DNA of 64,000 nucleotides from an uncultured Gemmatimonadales bacterium (GTDB taxonomy: Bacteria; Gemmatimonadota; Gemmatimonadetes; Longimicrobiales; RSA9). A model generated the notes under the pieces. That model was not told the DNA's origin. It did not search any database and saw nothing but the letters and a program-made list of their open reading frames with translations. Both the position numbers and the translations under genes were made by a program. Positions 12,541-23,053 of this stretch are shown here, piece after piece. The stretch's first letter is position 1. Every line of letters begins with the position of its first letter. The DNA is taken from positions 672,001 to 736,000 of the forward strand of contig OY970192.1 of the NCBI GenBank assembly GCA_963708135.1, read 5' to 3'.

Positions 12541-13842
12541 TCAGCGGATCGCGGCGTCCGGACTGTTCGACACGGGCCTCGCCGCCGCGTCGGGAAGCTC
12601 CGGCGCCGGGGGTGCGCCGGCCTGGGAGCCACCGGTGGCGGGGCGCACTCCCGCCCCCACCGCCGATTCGCCGGCGGGTTCGGGGCGCGGCCGGCCCGGT
12701 GGCAGCTCGACCTGGAAGGCGGTGCCGCGTCCCGACTCGCTGTCGACGCGGATCCGGCCGCCGATCTGCTCGATCGCCTCGAGGGTGATCGCGAGCCCGA
12801 GGCCGGTGCCCTCCGCATCCTTCGTCCTGCCGCGGAAGAAGCGCTCGAACACGTGCGGCTGCTGCTCGTCCGGGATGCCGACGCCGTTGTCCGCCACCTC
12901 GATCACCCAGCCGCCGTCGTGGCGCGGCTCGATGGTGAGCGCCACGCACCGCTCGGGCTTGTCCGGGTCCGCGTACTTCACGGCGTTCGCCACCAGGTTC
13001 ACGAGCGCGAGCCCGACGCGGGCGGCGTCCACGTGGACGCGGGGCACCTCTTCGGGAAAGCGGAGCCTGACGTCCGCCTCCCGGGCCATCGGCTCGACCT
13101 GCCCGCGCACACCCTGAATGACGTCCGACAGCGGCTCGCAGCGCTGCTCGGCCGGCTCCCCTCGCTGCGCGGCGGCCAGGGTGCGCACGTCGTCGACCAG
13201 GCGCCGCGCCCGCATCAGGTTGCGCAGCACGATGGCCGCGAAACGCCGGCGGTCCTCCGCGTCCCCGCCGATCTCCTCCTCGAGGAGCCGGGCCGCGCCC
13301 TCCGCCGCGCCGAGCGGATTCTTGATCTCGTGCGCCAGCGTGCGGGCGAACTCGTTCGTCGAGCGGACGCGCTCGCGCCGCTCGCTCACCTCCTCCTCCC
13401 GGTACGTCCCCGCCGTGATCGTGGCGGCGCCGGCCAGCCCGCGCTGCAGCCGGGCGGCGGTCGAAACGACGGCCGCGGGATCCACGGCGCTGCCGGCCGC
13501 CGCGGCCTCGGCGCGGAGCGCATCGAAGAGGATGTCGCCGAGGATCTCGAGCTCCGCCAGGACCTCCTGCACGTCGTAACCCTGGCGGCGGCGGTGGCGG
13601 GCGAGCGTGTGCAGGTGCTCGACCGCATCCTGCGTCAGCCCTCCCTCCGGCGCGCGCAGCAGGGACGCGAGCCGCTCGAGGACGAGCGGCATGTGGTCCA
13701 GCAGCTCCTCCCGGGGGAAGATGTGGGCAGGGCGCACGCGCAGCCGGCGCTCGAGGCGCTCCAGCCAGAGGCGGGTCAGCTCCGTGCTGCGGCTGCACAG
13801 CCGCTCTGCGACGCGCTCATCGAAGGATTCGGGGATCGGCAT
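12541..13842 (-). CDS. Soluble sensor histidine kinase with RsbRD-like N-terminal helical domain
   Basis: H-box LAHEIKNPL, N-box NLVANAVKY, DNGVGI, GTGLGL; no TM; GGAG RBS before ATG 13842. Confidence 0.9.
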   Translation of the reverse strand: MPIPESFDERVAERLCSRSTELTRLWLERLERRLRVRPAHIFPREELLDHMPLVLERLASLLRAPEGGLTQDAVEHLHTLARHRRRQGYDVQEVLAELEILGDILFDALRAEAAAAGSAVDPAAVVSTAARLQRGLAGAATITAGTYREEEVSERRERVRSTNEFARTLAHEIKNPLGAAEGAARLLEEEIGGDAEDRRRFAAIVLRNLMRARRLVDDVRTLAAAQRGEPAEQRCEPLSDVIQGVRGQVEPMAREADVRLRFPEEVPRVHVDAARVGLALVNLVANAVKYADPDKPERCVALTIEPRHDGGWVIEVADNGVGIPDEQQPHVFERFFRGRTKDAEGTGLGLAITLEAIEQIGGRIRVDSESGRGTAFQVELPPGRPRPEPAGESAVGAGVRPATGGSQAGAPPAPELPDAAARPVSNSPDAAIR

Positions 13843-14045
13843 CCGGTCTCCGGTGGGGGCTCCTCTCCTGCGACGACAGCGTTCGGAAGCGCAAGACGCG
13901 TTCCCGGCGACGCCGCTCGCGAGCCTTCGCCGGGACGTCATCGCGGAAGCCGAGAGGGGCAGCGGCCGCCCGCGTCAGTGGCTGCGGCGGCGGAAGGGGA
14001 CGGCGAGGAAGGCGGGGCAGCAGGGCGGCTCGCGCCGGGCCCGTC

Positions 14046-14918
14046 TCAGCCGGCGCGGGGCGCCTCGGCGGCGGCGCGCAGCCCCAGGATGAGGACGCGG
14101 TTCGTCGCCTTGAGGACGGCCAGGGCGGTGGCGGTGGAGAGATCGTCATCGAGCGGCTGCGCCCCGACCAGCGGGAGCGGCCGGCGCCCGAGCACGCGCG
14201 CGGCCGCGAGTACCGACACGAGCACGTAGTCGCGGTCCAGGGCGCGCACCTGCGAGGCGTGCTCGAGCTCCAACCGGATCGCGTCGCGCGCGGCCGCCGT
14301 GGCCGCCCGCAGCGCGGCCGTCGCGGCGGCGCGCAGCCGCCCCGTGCCGGCATCCAGCTCCGCCCCCTCGCCCACGAACTCCTCGCCCCGCCACATGACC
14401 CGGACGCGGACGACCACGCGCGCGTCCCGGACCATCGACTCCGCGCCGGCGAAGAGCAGCCGCGGATGGGTGATCTCGACCGTGGCGGCCGGGGATGCCG
14501 GAGCGGCGCCGCAGGGGGCCGCCGCCGGCGCGGCGGACGCCTTCTCCGCCGGCGGGGTGCCGGCCTCGGAGGCCGGAGGCGACGGCGGGCCGCCGGGCGC
14601 TCCACGCGCGGCGCCCGCGGCGGGTGCGGCGGGTGCGGCGGGCGGCGCGCCGCCGGTCATGGAGGCGCGGATGTCGCCCTCGGGAAGGGTATCGAGTTGC
14701 GCGATGCTGATGATGCGCTGATCGACCGGGACCTGGAGGCGCTCCTCCAGGAGGTCGCGGATGTCGCGGGCGAGGTGGCGCACGCTCGGGCCCGGTCCGA
14801 CCAGCAGGTGCACCTCACGCGGGTGGCCGTACACATCCTCGCGCACGAACGCACCCAGCACTGAGGGCAGCTCACGCAGGAGTGCTTCGGCGGCCTGCTT
14901 CGTCCGGATCGTATCCAT
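14046..14918 (-). CDS. Conserved hypothetical protein (two alpha/beta domains joined by a Pro/Ala linker)
   Basis: C-terminal part of the long ORF, from MDTIRTKQ; globular, host-like codon usage. Confidence 0.75.
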   Translation of the reverse strand: MDTIRTKQAAEALLRELPSVLGAFVREDVYGHPREVHLLVGPGPSVRHLARDIRDLLEERLQVPVDQRIISIAQLDTLPEGDIRASMTGGAPPAAPAAPAAGAARGAPGGPPSPPASEAGTPPAEKASAAPAAAPCGAAPASPAATVEITHPRLLFAGAESMVRDARVVVRVRVMWRGEEFVGEGAELDAGTGRLRAAATAALRAATAAARDAIRLELEHASQVRALDRDYVLVSVLAAARVLGRRPLPLVGAQPLDDDLSTATALAVLKATNRVLILGLRAAAEAPRAG

Positions 14919-15200
14919 TCGGATCCATGCTCGGTTGTACGGCAGGAGGGCTGCCGGAGGATGCGGGCGGAGGGGGGGCGACGTCAAGGGGCGCGGGCTG
15001 CCCCCAAACGGGTGTGGGTCGGGGTGCGCGTGGGGGTGGGGGCACCGCGGGGGCAGGGCGGGTGAGGGCACCGCGGGGGCGGGGCGCGTGAACGGGGAGG
15101 CGTGATTGCCGGGCGCGGGGTGGGCTCGGTACCTTGGTCGGGCATGGCGATTGCGCCCGTCGGCGCCGATCTCGACTCCGGAAGAGAGGCCGGACCCGCA

Positions 15201-17708
15201 ATGAAAGGCGTCATCATGGCCGGCGGCTTCGGGACGCGCCTGAAGCCGCTCACCATCAATCGCCCCAAGCCGATGGTGCCGGTGGCGAACCGGCCGATCA
15301 TGGAGCACATCGTGACGCTGCTCAAGCGCCACGGGGTCACTGACCTGATCTCGATCCTGTACTTCCAGCCCGAGCACATCACCAACTATTTCGGCGACGG
15401 CTCCGCGTTCGGGGTGCGGATGGAGTACGTGACGGCGGACGCGGACTACGGCACGGCGGGGGCGGTGCGGAACGCCGCCGGCCGGATCGGGGAGGAGCGC
15501 GTGCTCGTGATCAGCGGGGACGTGCTGACGGACTTCGACCTCTCGGCGGCGGTGGCGGAGCACGAGATGCGGGGGGCGGAGGCCACGATCGCGCTGACGT
15601 CGGTCGAGAACCCGCTGGCGTTCGGCATCGTGATCACCGATCACGAGACGGGGCGGATCGAGCGCTTCCTGGAGAAGCCGACGTGGGGGCAGGTGTTCAG
15701 CGACACCATCAACACCGGGATCTACATCCTCGAGCCGTCGGCGCTCGCGCGCGTGCCGGAGCGCACGGCCTTCGACTTCTCGAAGGACCTGTTTCCGCAG
15801 ATGCTGCGGGAGGAGGCCGGGCTGTTCGGCCACGTGGCGGAGGGCTACTGGCGGGACGTGGGCAACCTGGACGAGTACCGGCGGGCGCACGAGGACGTGC
15901 TGGCGGGGCGGGTGAAGCTGGAGCTTGGCGGCCAGCGGCGCGAGGTGGAGGGCGGAGTGCTGTGGGGGGAGGCGGGCGCGGCGCTCGGCCAGGACGTGCG
16001 GCTCTCGGGCACGGTGCTGCTCGGTCGCAACGTGCGGGTGGGCCAGGGGGCGATGCTGGATAACGTGGTGCTCGGCCACGGCTCGGATGTCGGCGAGGGC
16101 GCGCAGCTGCGCAAGGTCGTGCTGTGGGAGGGCTGCCGGATCGGCGCGGGCGCGCGGCTGAGCGAGACGGTGTGCGCGGGGGAGGTGCGGGTGGGGCGCG
16201 GCGCGCTGGTGCGGGAGAACACGATCCTCTCGGACCGGGCGGAGGTGGGTCCCCAGGCGGTGGTGGGCCCGAACGTCAAGGTCTGGCCGGACAAGGTGGT
16301 CGAGGAGCGGGCGGTGCTCACGCACTCGCTGATCTGGGGCGAGGCGTGGGAGCGCTCGCTGTTCCACGGCGCGCGCGTGAGCGGCGTGGCCAACGCGGAG
16401 CTCACGCCGGAGATCGCGGCGCGGCTGGCGGCGGCGTACGGCGCGATGCTGGGCGCCGGCTCCTACGTGGCGACGTCGCGCGACTCCGACCGTGCATCGC
16501 GGATGATCAACCGCGCGCTGATGACCGGCTTCATGTCCGTGGGCGTGAACGTGGAAGACCTGCGGCAGATGCCGATCCCGGTGGTGCGGCACGCCGTGCA
16601 CCACGGCCGCGAGGCCGGCGGCATCCACGTGCGCCGCTCCCCCTTCGACCAGCGCGTCGTGGACGTGCTGTTCTTCGACGCCGACGGGCGGGACCTGCCG
16701 CCGGGGAAGACACAGTCGATCGAGCGGCTGTTCGGGCGCGAGGATTTCCCGCGCGCGGGGCCCGACGGCGCGGGCGACCTGAACTTTCCGACCCGGGTGG
16801 TGGAGGGTTACCACGAGCACTTCCTCTCCGAGCTCGACCGCGCGCTCATCGCCGAGCGGCGCTTCACGCTGGTCGTGGACTTCGCCTACGGCACGACCGT
16901 CGAGGTCTTTCCGGGGATCCTCGGCTCGCTCCGCACCGAGACCGTGAGCCTGGACGCGTACGCGGCGCCGGGTCGGCTCTCGCGCAGCGAGGAGGAGTTC
17001 CACGACGGGCTCGGGCGGCTGGGCGGGATCGTGCGCTCGATCGACGCCGACATGGGGTTGTGGATCGATCCGGGCGGCGAGGTCATCTACCTGGTGGACG
17101 ACACGGGCCGCCCGCTCTCGCCGGAGCTGACGCAGGCCGTCTACGTCGGGCTGGCGCTGGACTACCTCGACTTCAACCGCGTCGCGATCCCGGTGACGAG
17201 CCCCACGATCACGGCCGACGCTGTGCGCCAGCGCGGCGCGGAGGTGCACTGGACCAAGACGGAGCACCACGCGATGATGGCCTCGGCCACGGAGGCGGAC
17301 CTCGTGGTCGGCGTGCGTGGGGAGTTCATCTTCCCCCGCTTCATCCCCGCCTACGACGGCATGTTCGCGGCCGCCATGCTGCTCGAGGCGCTGGCGCGCT
17401 CGGGCCGTCGGCTGAGCGAGGCCGCGGGCGCCTATCCCGCGATCCACATGGGCACCCGTCGCATCGCCTGCCCGTGGGGGCGCAAGGGCGCCGTCATGCG
17501 CAGGCTCATCGAGGAGACGGAGCATGCCGAGCGGCAGCTCGTCGATGGCGTGAAGGTGTGGCGCGGCGCGCGCGAGTGGGTGCTCGTGATCCCGCATTCG
17601 GACAAGCCGACGTTCGTCGTCACCGCGGAGGCGGAGTCCCCGGAGCGCACCGAGGCGCTGCTCGGGGAGTACGCCCAGCTCGTGGAGAGATGGCGCGATG
17701 AGGCCTGA
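15201..17708 (+). CDS. Mannose-1-phosphate guanylyltransferase / hexapeptide / phosphomannomutase-like fusion
   Basis: MAGGFGTRLKPLT...PKP, FLEKP, YWRDVG, left-handed beta-helix repeats, then alpha-D-phosphohexomutase fold. Confidence 0.92.
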   Translation: MKGVIMAGGFGTRLKPLTINRPKPMVPVANRPIMEHIVTLLKRHGVTDLISILYFQPEHITNYFGDGSAFGVRMEYVTADADYGTAGAVRNAAGRIGEERVLVISGDVLTDFDLSAAVAEHEMRGAEATIALTSVENPLAFGIVITDHETGRIERFLEKPTWGQVFSDTINTGIYILEPSALARVPERTAFDFSKDLFPQMLREEAGLFGHVAEGYWRDVGNLDEYRRAHEDVLAGRVKLELGGQRREVEGGVLWGEAGAALGQDVRLSGTVLLGRNVRVGQGAMLDNVVLGHGSDVGEGAQLRKVVLWEGCRIGAGARLSETVCAGEVRVGRGALVRENTILSDRAEVGPQAVVGPNVKVWPDKVVEERAVLTHSLIWGEAWERSLFHGARVSGVANAELTPEIAARLAAAYGAMLGAGSYVATSRDSDRASRMINRALMTGFMSVGVNVEDLRQMPIPVVRHAVHHGREAGGIHVRRSPFDQRVVDVLFFDADGRDLPPGKTQSIERLFGREDFPRAGPDGAGDLNFPTRVVEGYHEHFLSELDRALIAERRFTLVVDFAYGTTVEVFPGILGSLRTETVSLDAYAAPGRLSRSEEEFHDGLGRLGGIVRSIDADMGLWIDPGGEVIYLVDDTGRPLSPELTQAVYVGLALDYLDFNRVAIPVTSPTITADAVRQRGAEVHWTKTEHHAMMASATEADLVVGVRGEFIFPRFIPAYDGMFAAAMLLEALARSGRRLSEAAGAYPAIHMGTRRIACPWGRKGAVMRRLIEETEHAERQLVDGVKVWRGAREWVLVIPHSDKPTFVVTAEAESPERTEALLGEYAQLVERWRDEA

Positions 17709-18870
17709 TTCCCCGCAGGCGACGCCGCCCGGATCCTCGACCCGTGCCGTTCACGCGGGCGGCGCCACGCCGGCCGCCGGCGCACCGGTGGTCACGCCAC
17801 TCGTGCAGTCGGCCACGTTCTTCACGGATCCCGAGCCGGCCGGCGAGGTGCTCTACACCCGCTACGGCCGCAACCCGAACCATATCGTCGTCGGCGAGAA
17901 GCTGGCGGCGCTGGAGGGCGCCGAGGCGGGGCTCGTGCTGGGCAGCGGGATGGCGGCCACGGCCATGTCGCTCCTGGCGTTCCTCTCGGCGGGCGACCAC
18001 ATCGTGGCGCAGGCGAGCCTCTACGGCGGCACGTTGCACCTTTTGAGGTCCGATCTCCCGCCGCTCGGGATCGAGACGACGTTCGTGGGCGAAGGCGAAA
18101 GCTGGGAGGCGGCGCTGCGGCCGAACACGCGCGTGCTGTTCGCGGAGGTGCCGGTGAACCCCACGTTGCGGGTGCCGGACCTGCGGCCGATCGGCGCGCT
18201 CGCGCGGGCGCGCGGGCTGCCGCTCCTGGTGGATGCAACTTTCGCGACGCCGGTCAACTTCCGGCCGCTCGAGCACGGCGCCACGCTCGTCATCCACAGC
18301 GCGACCAAGTACCTGGGCGGGCACTCGGACCTCATCGCTGGCATGGTGGCTGGCACGGCGGCGGACATGGAGCGCGTGCGCTCGAAGATGAAGAGCTTCG
18401 GGGCGGTGCTCGATCCCCACGCCACCTGGCTGCTCGAGCGCGGCATGAAGACGCTGGCCGTGCGGGTGGAGCGGCAGAACGAGACGGCGCTCGCGCTCGC
18501 CCGGCGGCTCGCGGAGCACGCGGCGGTGGAGACGGTGCTCTACCCGGGGCTGCCCTCGCATCCCGACCACGCGCTCGCCCGCGAGCTGTTCCGCGGCTTC
18601 GGCGGGATGCTCAGCCTGGTGGTGCGCGGTGGCGACGAGGCCGCGCTGCGCGTGTGCGGGCGGCTGCGGCTGCTGTGCGTGGCGCCGAGCCTGGGGGGGG
18701 TGGAGACGCTCGTCTCCATGCCCCGCTTCACCTCGCACGCCTCGCTCGCGCCCGCGGAGCGGCACGCGCTCGGGATCGATGATGGCTTCATCCGCCTCTC
18801 GATCGGGATCGAGGACGCGGCGGACCTCGCCGCGGACCTCGAGCAGGCCCTGGACGCGGAGGCATCGTGA
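17698..18870 (+). CDS. Cys/Met metabolism PLP-dependent enzyme (cystathionine gamma-lyase/synthase family)
   Basis: YTRYGRNP, SGMAA, DATFATP, HSATKYLGGHSD (PLP Lys), SLGGVETL. Confidence 0.93.
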   Translation: MRPDSPQATPPGSSTRAVHAGGATPAAGAPVVTPLVQSATFFTDPEPAGEVLYTRYGRNPNHIVVGEKLAALEGAEAGLVLGSGMAATAMSLLAFLSAGDHIVAQASLYGGTLHLLRSDLPPLGIETTFVGEGESWEAALRPNTRVLFAEVPVNPTLRVPDLRPIGALARARGLPLLVDATFATPVNFRPLEHGATLVIHSATKYLGGHSDLIAGMVAGTAADMERVRSKMKSFGAVLDPHATWLLERGMKTLAVRVERQNETALALARRLAEHAAVETVLYPGLPSHPDHALARELFRGFGGMLSLVVRGGDEAALRVCGRLRLLCVAPSLGGVETLVSMPRFTSHASLAPAERHALGIDDGFIRLSIGIEDAADLAADLEQALDAEAS

Positions 18871-19994
18871 GCGATGAGCTCCAGCCGTCGGACCGGCGCA
18901 GGACCGACCGCCGCGCGGACTGGGTGCCCCTCGCCGAGTACACCGTGCCGGAGCTCCGCAAGGCCGCCGTCACGATCTTCCTGCTGCTGCTGATCCTCGG
19001 CCTCTTCCTCTACATGGTGCGCAAGATCCTCGTGCCCGGCGTGGCGGGGGTGGTCCTGGGCGTCTACACGATCCCGCTCCAGCGCATGCTGCAGCGGCGA
19101 TTTCCGCGGCGGCGCGCGAGCTCGATCGTCACCATCGTCCTGGTGACCGTGCCGCTCGTGGCCCTCGTCGCGTACAGCTGGATCGAGATCACGGGCGCGG
19201 CCAACTACCTGAACCAGCACCAGAGGGAGGTCGCGCACGGCCTCGCGATCGGCCTGCACCGGCTGCCGTTCACGCAGGGGCTCAGGATCGAGCAGGACCT
19301 CTCGGCGCTGGTCGGGCGCGCTGCCTCCAAGGCCGGCAACGTCGCGGACGCGCTGACGGACGCGATCAACATCATCGTCCTCTCCATCGCCGTGGTGCTG
19401 TTCACCTTCTACTACATCCTCACCGACCACGAGCGGATCCTGGCCTACCTCGCCCGCAAGGTGCCCGGCCGCTACCGCGAGCTGACGGACGAGATGAGCA
19501 GCAACATCCGCGCGGTCGTCTACGGCGCCCTCTACGGCACGTTCCTGACCCAGGCATTGAAGTCGGTCGTGCTGCTGGTGCTGAACGTGGGCTTCGACAT
19601 CCCGCTCGCCGTGGTGCTGGCCATCGCCTCGTTCTTCATCGGGCTCTTCCCGATCGTCGGCTCGTGGGCCATCTACGTGCCCGTCTCGATCTACCTCGTC
19701 CTCTGGCGCGGCAACGTCATCGAGGGCGTGATCGTGCTCGTCGTCGGCTTCGGCTTCAACACGCTGTTCCTGTCCACCTACCTGCGACCCAAGATCGCGG
19801 CCGAGAAGTCCCAGGTGCTGAACTTCTACTGGATGCTCATCGCGCTGATCACGGGCGTCTACACGTTCGGGCTCGTGGGCATCATCATCGGCCCCGTGCT
19901 GATCGCGGTGCTCAAGGCGATCTTCGACACGATCACGGGCGGCGCCGCGCAGCCGGTGCTGGGGGCGAGGGTGGGGGACAGGGGAGGAATGTGA
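18867..19994 (+). CDS. AI-2E family transporter
   Basis: Multi-TM protein; FP.VG, LRPKI and FGLVGIIIGP motifs. Confidence 0.9.
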   Translation: MSDELQPSDRRRTDRRADWVPLAEYTVPELRKAAVTIFLLLLILGLFLYMVRKILVPGVAGVVLGVYTIPLQRMLQRRFPRRRASSIVTIVLVTVPLVALVAYSWIEITGAANYLNQHQREVAHGLAIGLHRLPFTQGLRIEQDLSALVGRAASKAGNVADALTDAINIIVLSIAVVLFTFYYILTDHERILAYLARKVPGRYRELTDEMSSNIRAVVYGALYGTFLTQALKSVVLLVLNVGFDIPLAVVLAIASFFIGLFPIVGSWAIYVPVSIYLVLWRGNVIEGVIVLVVGFGFNTLFLSTYLRPKIAAEKSQVLNFYWMLIALITGVYTFGLVGIIIGPVLIAVLKAIFDTITGGAAQPVLGARVGDRGGM

Positions 19995-20338
19995 GAGTGG
20001 GGGAGCGGGGGAGTGGGGGAGTGGGGGAGTGGGCGACGATTCCGGGGGGCGAGAGTGCCGGGGTGATCCGGCCGCCGGGATGCGGGATGCGGGATGCGAT
20101 CTGCCCGCCGGGATGCGGGACGCGGGATGCGGGACGCGATCCGGCCGCCGGAATGCGGGACGCGGGACGCGGTATGCGAGGACGCGGGATGCGGGATGCG
20201 GGACGGCGAGGGCGGTCGTGCCGCGGCGTGCGCCGGAGGCGGTGGTGCCCCACGCCGCGAGCCCGGCGGTCGCGACGAGCATCACCCACTCCGCCTCGCC
20301 CCCACTCCCCCACTCTGAAGATGGAACGCACCTCGGGG
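19994..20338. repeat. Intergenic composite repeat element, copy A, with terminal inverted repeats
   Basis: Begins AGAGTGGGGGAG and ends CTCCCCCACTCT (20305-20316); internal GCGGGA(T/C) heptamers; long blocks shared with 22729-22997. Confidence 0.85.
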
Positions 20339-20401
20339 CTCGGGGCGACGGCCGGGGTGCTCGAGGGCATTCTGCGACTGGAGGGGAGATGGAGCTGACG
20401 G

Positions 20402-22729
20402 GTGCGTAGGCGGACGGGGGTGCTGCTGGCGGTCGCGGTGCTGCTGCTCGCGGCGGGGATCGCGGGGGCCTGGTACGTGGGGAGCGCGTCTCCGCGCGAG
20501 CGTGGGCGAGTGGCGGTCCCGGGCCTCGAGGCGGCGGTCCAGGTCTGGCGCGACTCGCTGGGCGTGCCGCACCTGTGGGCAGCCTCGGAGCACGACCTGC
20601 TTTTCGCGCAGGGCTATGTCCACGCGCAGGACCGGCTCTGGCAGATGGCGCTCTTCCGCCGCGTGGCGGAGGGCCGGCTGTCGGAGCTCTTCGGCGCCCG
20701 CACCCTCTCGAGCGATCGGTTCCTGCGGACGATCGGCCTCGAGCGCGAGGCCGGCTCCCTCGACGGCGCGGACCGCCGGCGGGTCGAGGCGTACGTGGCG
20801 GGCGTGAACGCGTTCCTGGCCGGGCACACGGGCGCCTGGCCGCCGGAGTTCGTCGTCCTCGGCGTGCGCCCCGCGCCCTGGCGCGTGCAGGACGTCCTCG
20901 CCATCGAGAAGGTCATGGCGTGGGACCTGTCGTCCTACCGCACGGGCGTCGCGCTCGAGCGGGCCGTGCGGCGCCTGGGCGAGGAGAAGGCGCGCTTCCT
21001 GTTGCCGGAGTATCCCGCCTGGGGGCCGACCATCCTGGAGGCGCCCGCGCCGCCCGCGGTGCCGCCCGTGGCCGCGGCGCTCCTCGGGGCCGTGAGCGCT
21101 GTGCACGCCTCGAACGGATGGGTGGTCGCCGGCTCGCGCACGCGCTCGGGCAAGCCGATCCTGGCCAACGACATGCACCTCGAGCTGCGCGCGCCCAGCC
21201 TGTGGTACCTCATGGCGCTGCACGGCGGCGGCTTCGACGTGGCCGGCATGACGCTGCCGGGCGCGCCGTTCGTCGTGGCCGGCCACAACCGCGCCGTGGC
21301 GTGGGGCTTCACCAACGCCATGCTCGACGACGTGGACCTCTTCATCGAGCGCCCCGATCCGGCCGACAGCACCCGCTACCTCGTCCCCGGCGGCAGCGAG
21401 CCGTACACGGTGGCGGCGGAGACGCTGCGCGTGAAAGGGCGGGACGAGGGCGTCGTCATGCGCGTGCGGAGCACCCGCCACGGACCGCTCCTCGAGGACG
21501 TGGAGCCCGGCGCGCGCGGCGAGCGGCTCGCGTTCCGCTGGGCCGCCGAGGACCCGGCGCGGACCTGGCGGGCGATCCCCGCGCTCGACCGTGCGACGGA
21601 CTGGGCCGGCTTCCTCGCCGCCGTCCGTGACTTCACGGACCCGCACCAGAACGTCGTCTACGCGGACACCGCCGGCCACATCGGCTACGTCATGGCCGGC
21701 CGGGTGCCGCTCCGGGGAGTGCGCGCTGGCGGCAGCTGGAGGGATGCGCGCCGGCCGCCGCTCCTGCCGGTGCCGGGGTGGACGGGAGAATGGGACTGGA
21801 CCGGCTGGCTTCCCTTCGAGGACCACCCGCGCACGCTCGACCCGCCCGACGGCTATGTCGTGACCGCCAACAACAGGCAGGCCGCAGGCGACGTCGCCGC
21901 GCTCGTCACCGGCGAATGGGAGGCGCCGTACCGCGCCGCCCGCATCCGGCAGATGATCCGCGAGGCGAGCCGCCCGCTCGATGCCGCGGACGTGCTCGGC
22001 ATGCAGCTCGACGTGAAGGACCTCCGCGCCGCGCGCTACCTCGACCGCGCCGTGGCCGCGGCGGAGGACGCGGCCCTCCCCGCGGATGCGGCCGCGCTGC
22101 GCGCGTGGGACGCCGAGGCGAAGGCGGACTCGCGGCCGGCCGCGCTCTTCTACGTCTGGGCCGACCGGCTGGCCCACGGCATCGCCGGGGCGCTCTACGG
22201 GCCGGGCGGCGGCTGGCTGCCGCGCGCCGCCGTGGACCGCGCGCTCGAGGCGCGCACGCTGCCCTGGCCCGGCTCCGGCGGCGACGCCGCGTTCCGGCGG
22301 CTCGCGGCGCGCGCGATGGTCGAGGCGGACAGCATCGCGCAGGGGCGGACCTGGGGCGAGCTCGACCGCGTCGTCATCGAGCACCCGCTCGGCGCCGTGG
22401 GCGCGCTCCAGCGCGTCTTCCACTTCTCGCTCGGCCCCGCGCCGCGCGGCGGCTCCTCCACCACCGTCAACATCTCGCACTACGCCGCCGGCCGCTTCCC
22501 GACGCGCACCACCGCCGGCCCGAGCGAGCGACACGTCGTGGACATGGCCGACCCGGATGGCGCCGGCGGCTTCATCCTGCCCACGGGCGAGTCGGGGCTC
22601 CCGCTGGACCGGCACTACCGCGACCAGTTCGAGGCGTGGCGCACGGGCGGGCTCTGGCGCATCCCGCTCGGGCGGGCGGCCGCGGAGCGGCGGGCGGTGG
22701 ACAGGCTGGTGCTGGCGCCGGGGGGTTGA
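20402..22729 (+). CDS. Penicillin acylase family Ntn-hydrolase (peptidase S45)
   Basis: RDSLGVPHL, QGYVHAQDRLWQM, nucleophile S in ASNGWVV, LANDMHL. Confidence 0.93.
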   Translation: MRRRTGVLLAVAVLLLAAGIAGAWYVGSASPRERGRVAVPGLEAAVQVWRDSLGVPHLWAASEHDLLFAQGYVHAQDRLWQMALFRRVAEGRLSELFGARTLSSDRFLRTIGLEREAGSLDGADRRRVEAYVAGVNAFLAGHTGAWPPEFVVLGVRPAPWRVQDVLAIEKVMAWDLSSYRTGVALERAVRRLGEEKARFLLPEYPAWGPTILEAPAPPAVPPVAAALLGAVSAVHASNGWVVAGSRTRSGKPILANDMHLELRAPSLWYLMALHGGGFDVAGMTLPGAPFVVAGHNRAVAWGFTNAMLDDVDLFIERPDPADSTRYLVPGGSEPYTVAAETLRVKGRDEGVVMRVRSTRHGPLLEDVEPGARGERLAFRWAAEDPARTWRAIPALDRATDWAGFLAAVRDFTDPHQNVVYADTAGHIGYVMAGRVPLRGVRAGGSWRDARRPPLLPVPGWTGEWDWTGWLPFEDHPRTLDPPDGYVVTANNRQAAGDVAALVTGEWEAPYRAARIRQMIREASRPLDAADVLGMQLDVKDLRAARYLDRAVAAAEDAALPADAAALRAWDAEAKADSRPAALFYVWADRLAHGIAGALYGPGGGWLPRAAVDRALEARTLPWPGSGGDAAFRRLAARAMVEADSIAQGRTWGELDRVVIEHPLGAVGALQRVFHFSLGPAPRGGSSTTVNISHYAAGRFPTRTTAGPSERHVVDMADPDGAGGFILPTGESGLPLDRHYRDQFEAWRTGGLWRIPLGRAAAERRAVDRLVLAPGG

Positions 22730-22997
22730 GAGTGGGGGAGTGGGGGAGTGGGCGACGATTCCGGGGGGCGAGAGTGCCGGGGTGATCCGGCTGCCGGGGT
22801 GCGGGATGCGGGACGCGATCCGGCCGCCGGGCGCCGGGATGCCGGGTGCGGGATGCGATGCGGGGGCGCGTGGGGGCGACGCGTCGCGCGAAGCGCGGTG
22901 GGGGGCACCGCACGCCGCGAGCCGTCGGTCGCGACGAGCATCACCCACTCTCCCACTCCCACGCTCTCCCACTCTGAAGATGGAACGCGCCCCGGGG
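22729..22997. repeat. Intergenic composite repeat element, copy B
   Basis: Shares GGGAGTGGGCGACGATTCCGGGGGGCGAGAGTGCCGGGGTGATCCGGC and GGTCGCGACGAGCATCACCCACTC...CACTCTGAAGATGGAACGC with copy A. Confidence 0.85.
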
Positions 22998-23053
22998 CGT
23001 CGGGGTTCGGGATCGGTCGGGCGGGGGGAAGCGTGGATCCAGGACGAGGTGAG

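Noticed and set aside
22748..23053. N-terminal extension of YpdA, and ORF 20029-20409
   Set aside because: Translation of the non-coding repeat element; the real YpdA start with RBS is 23054
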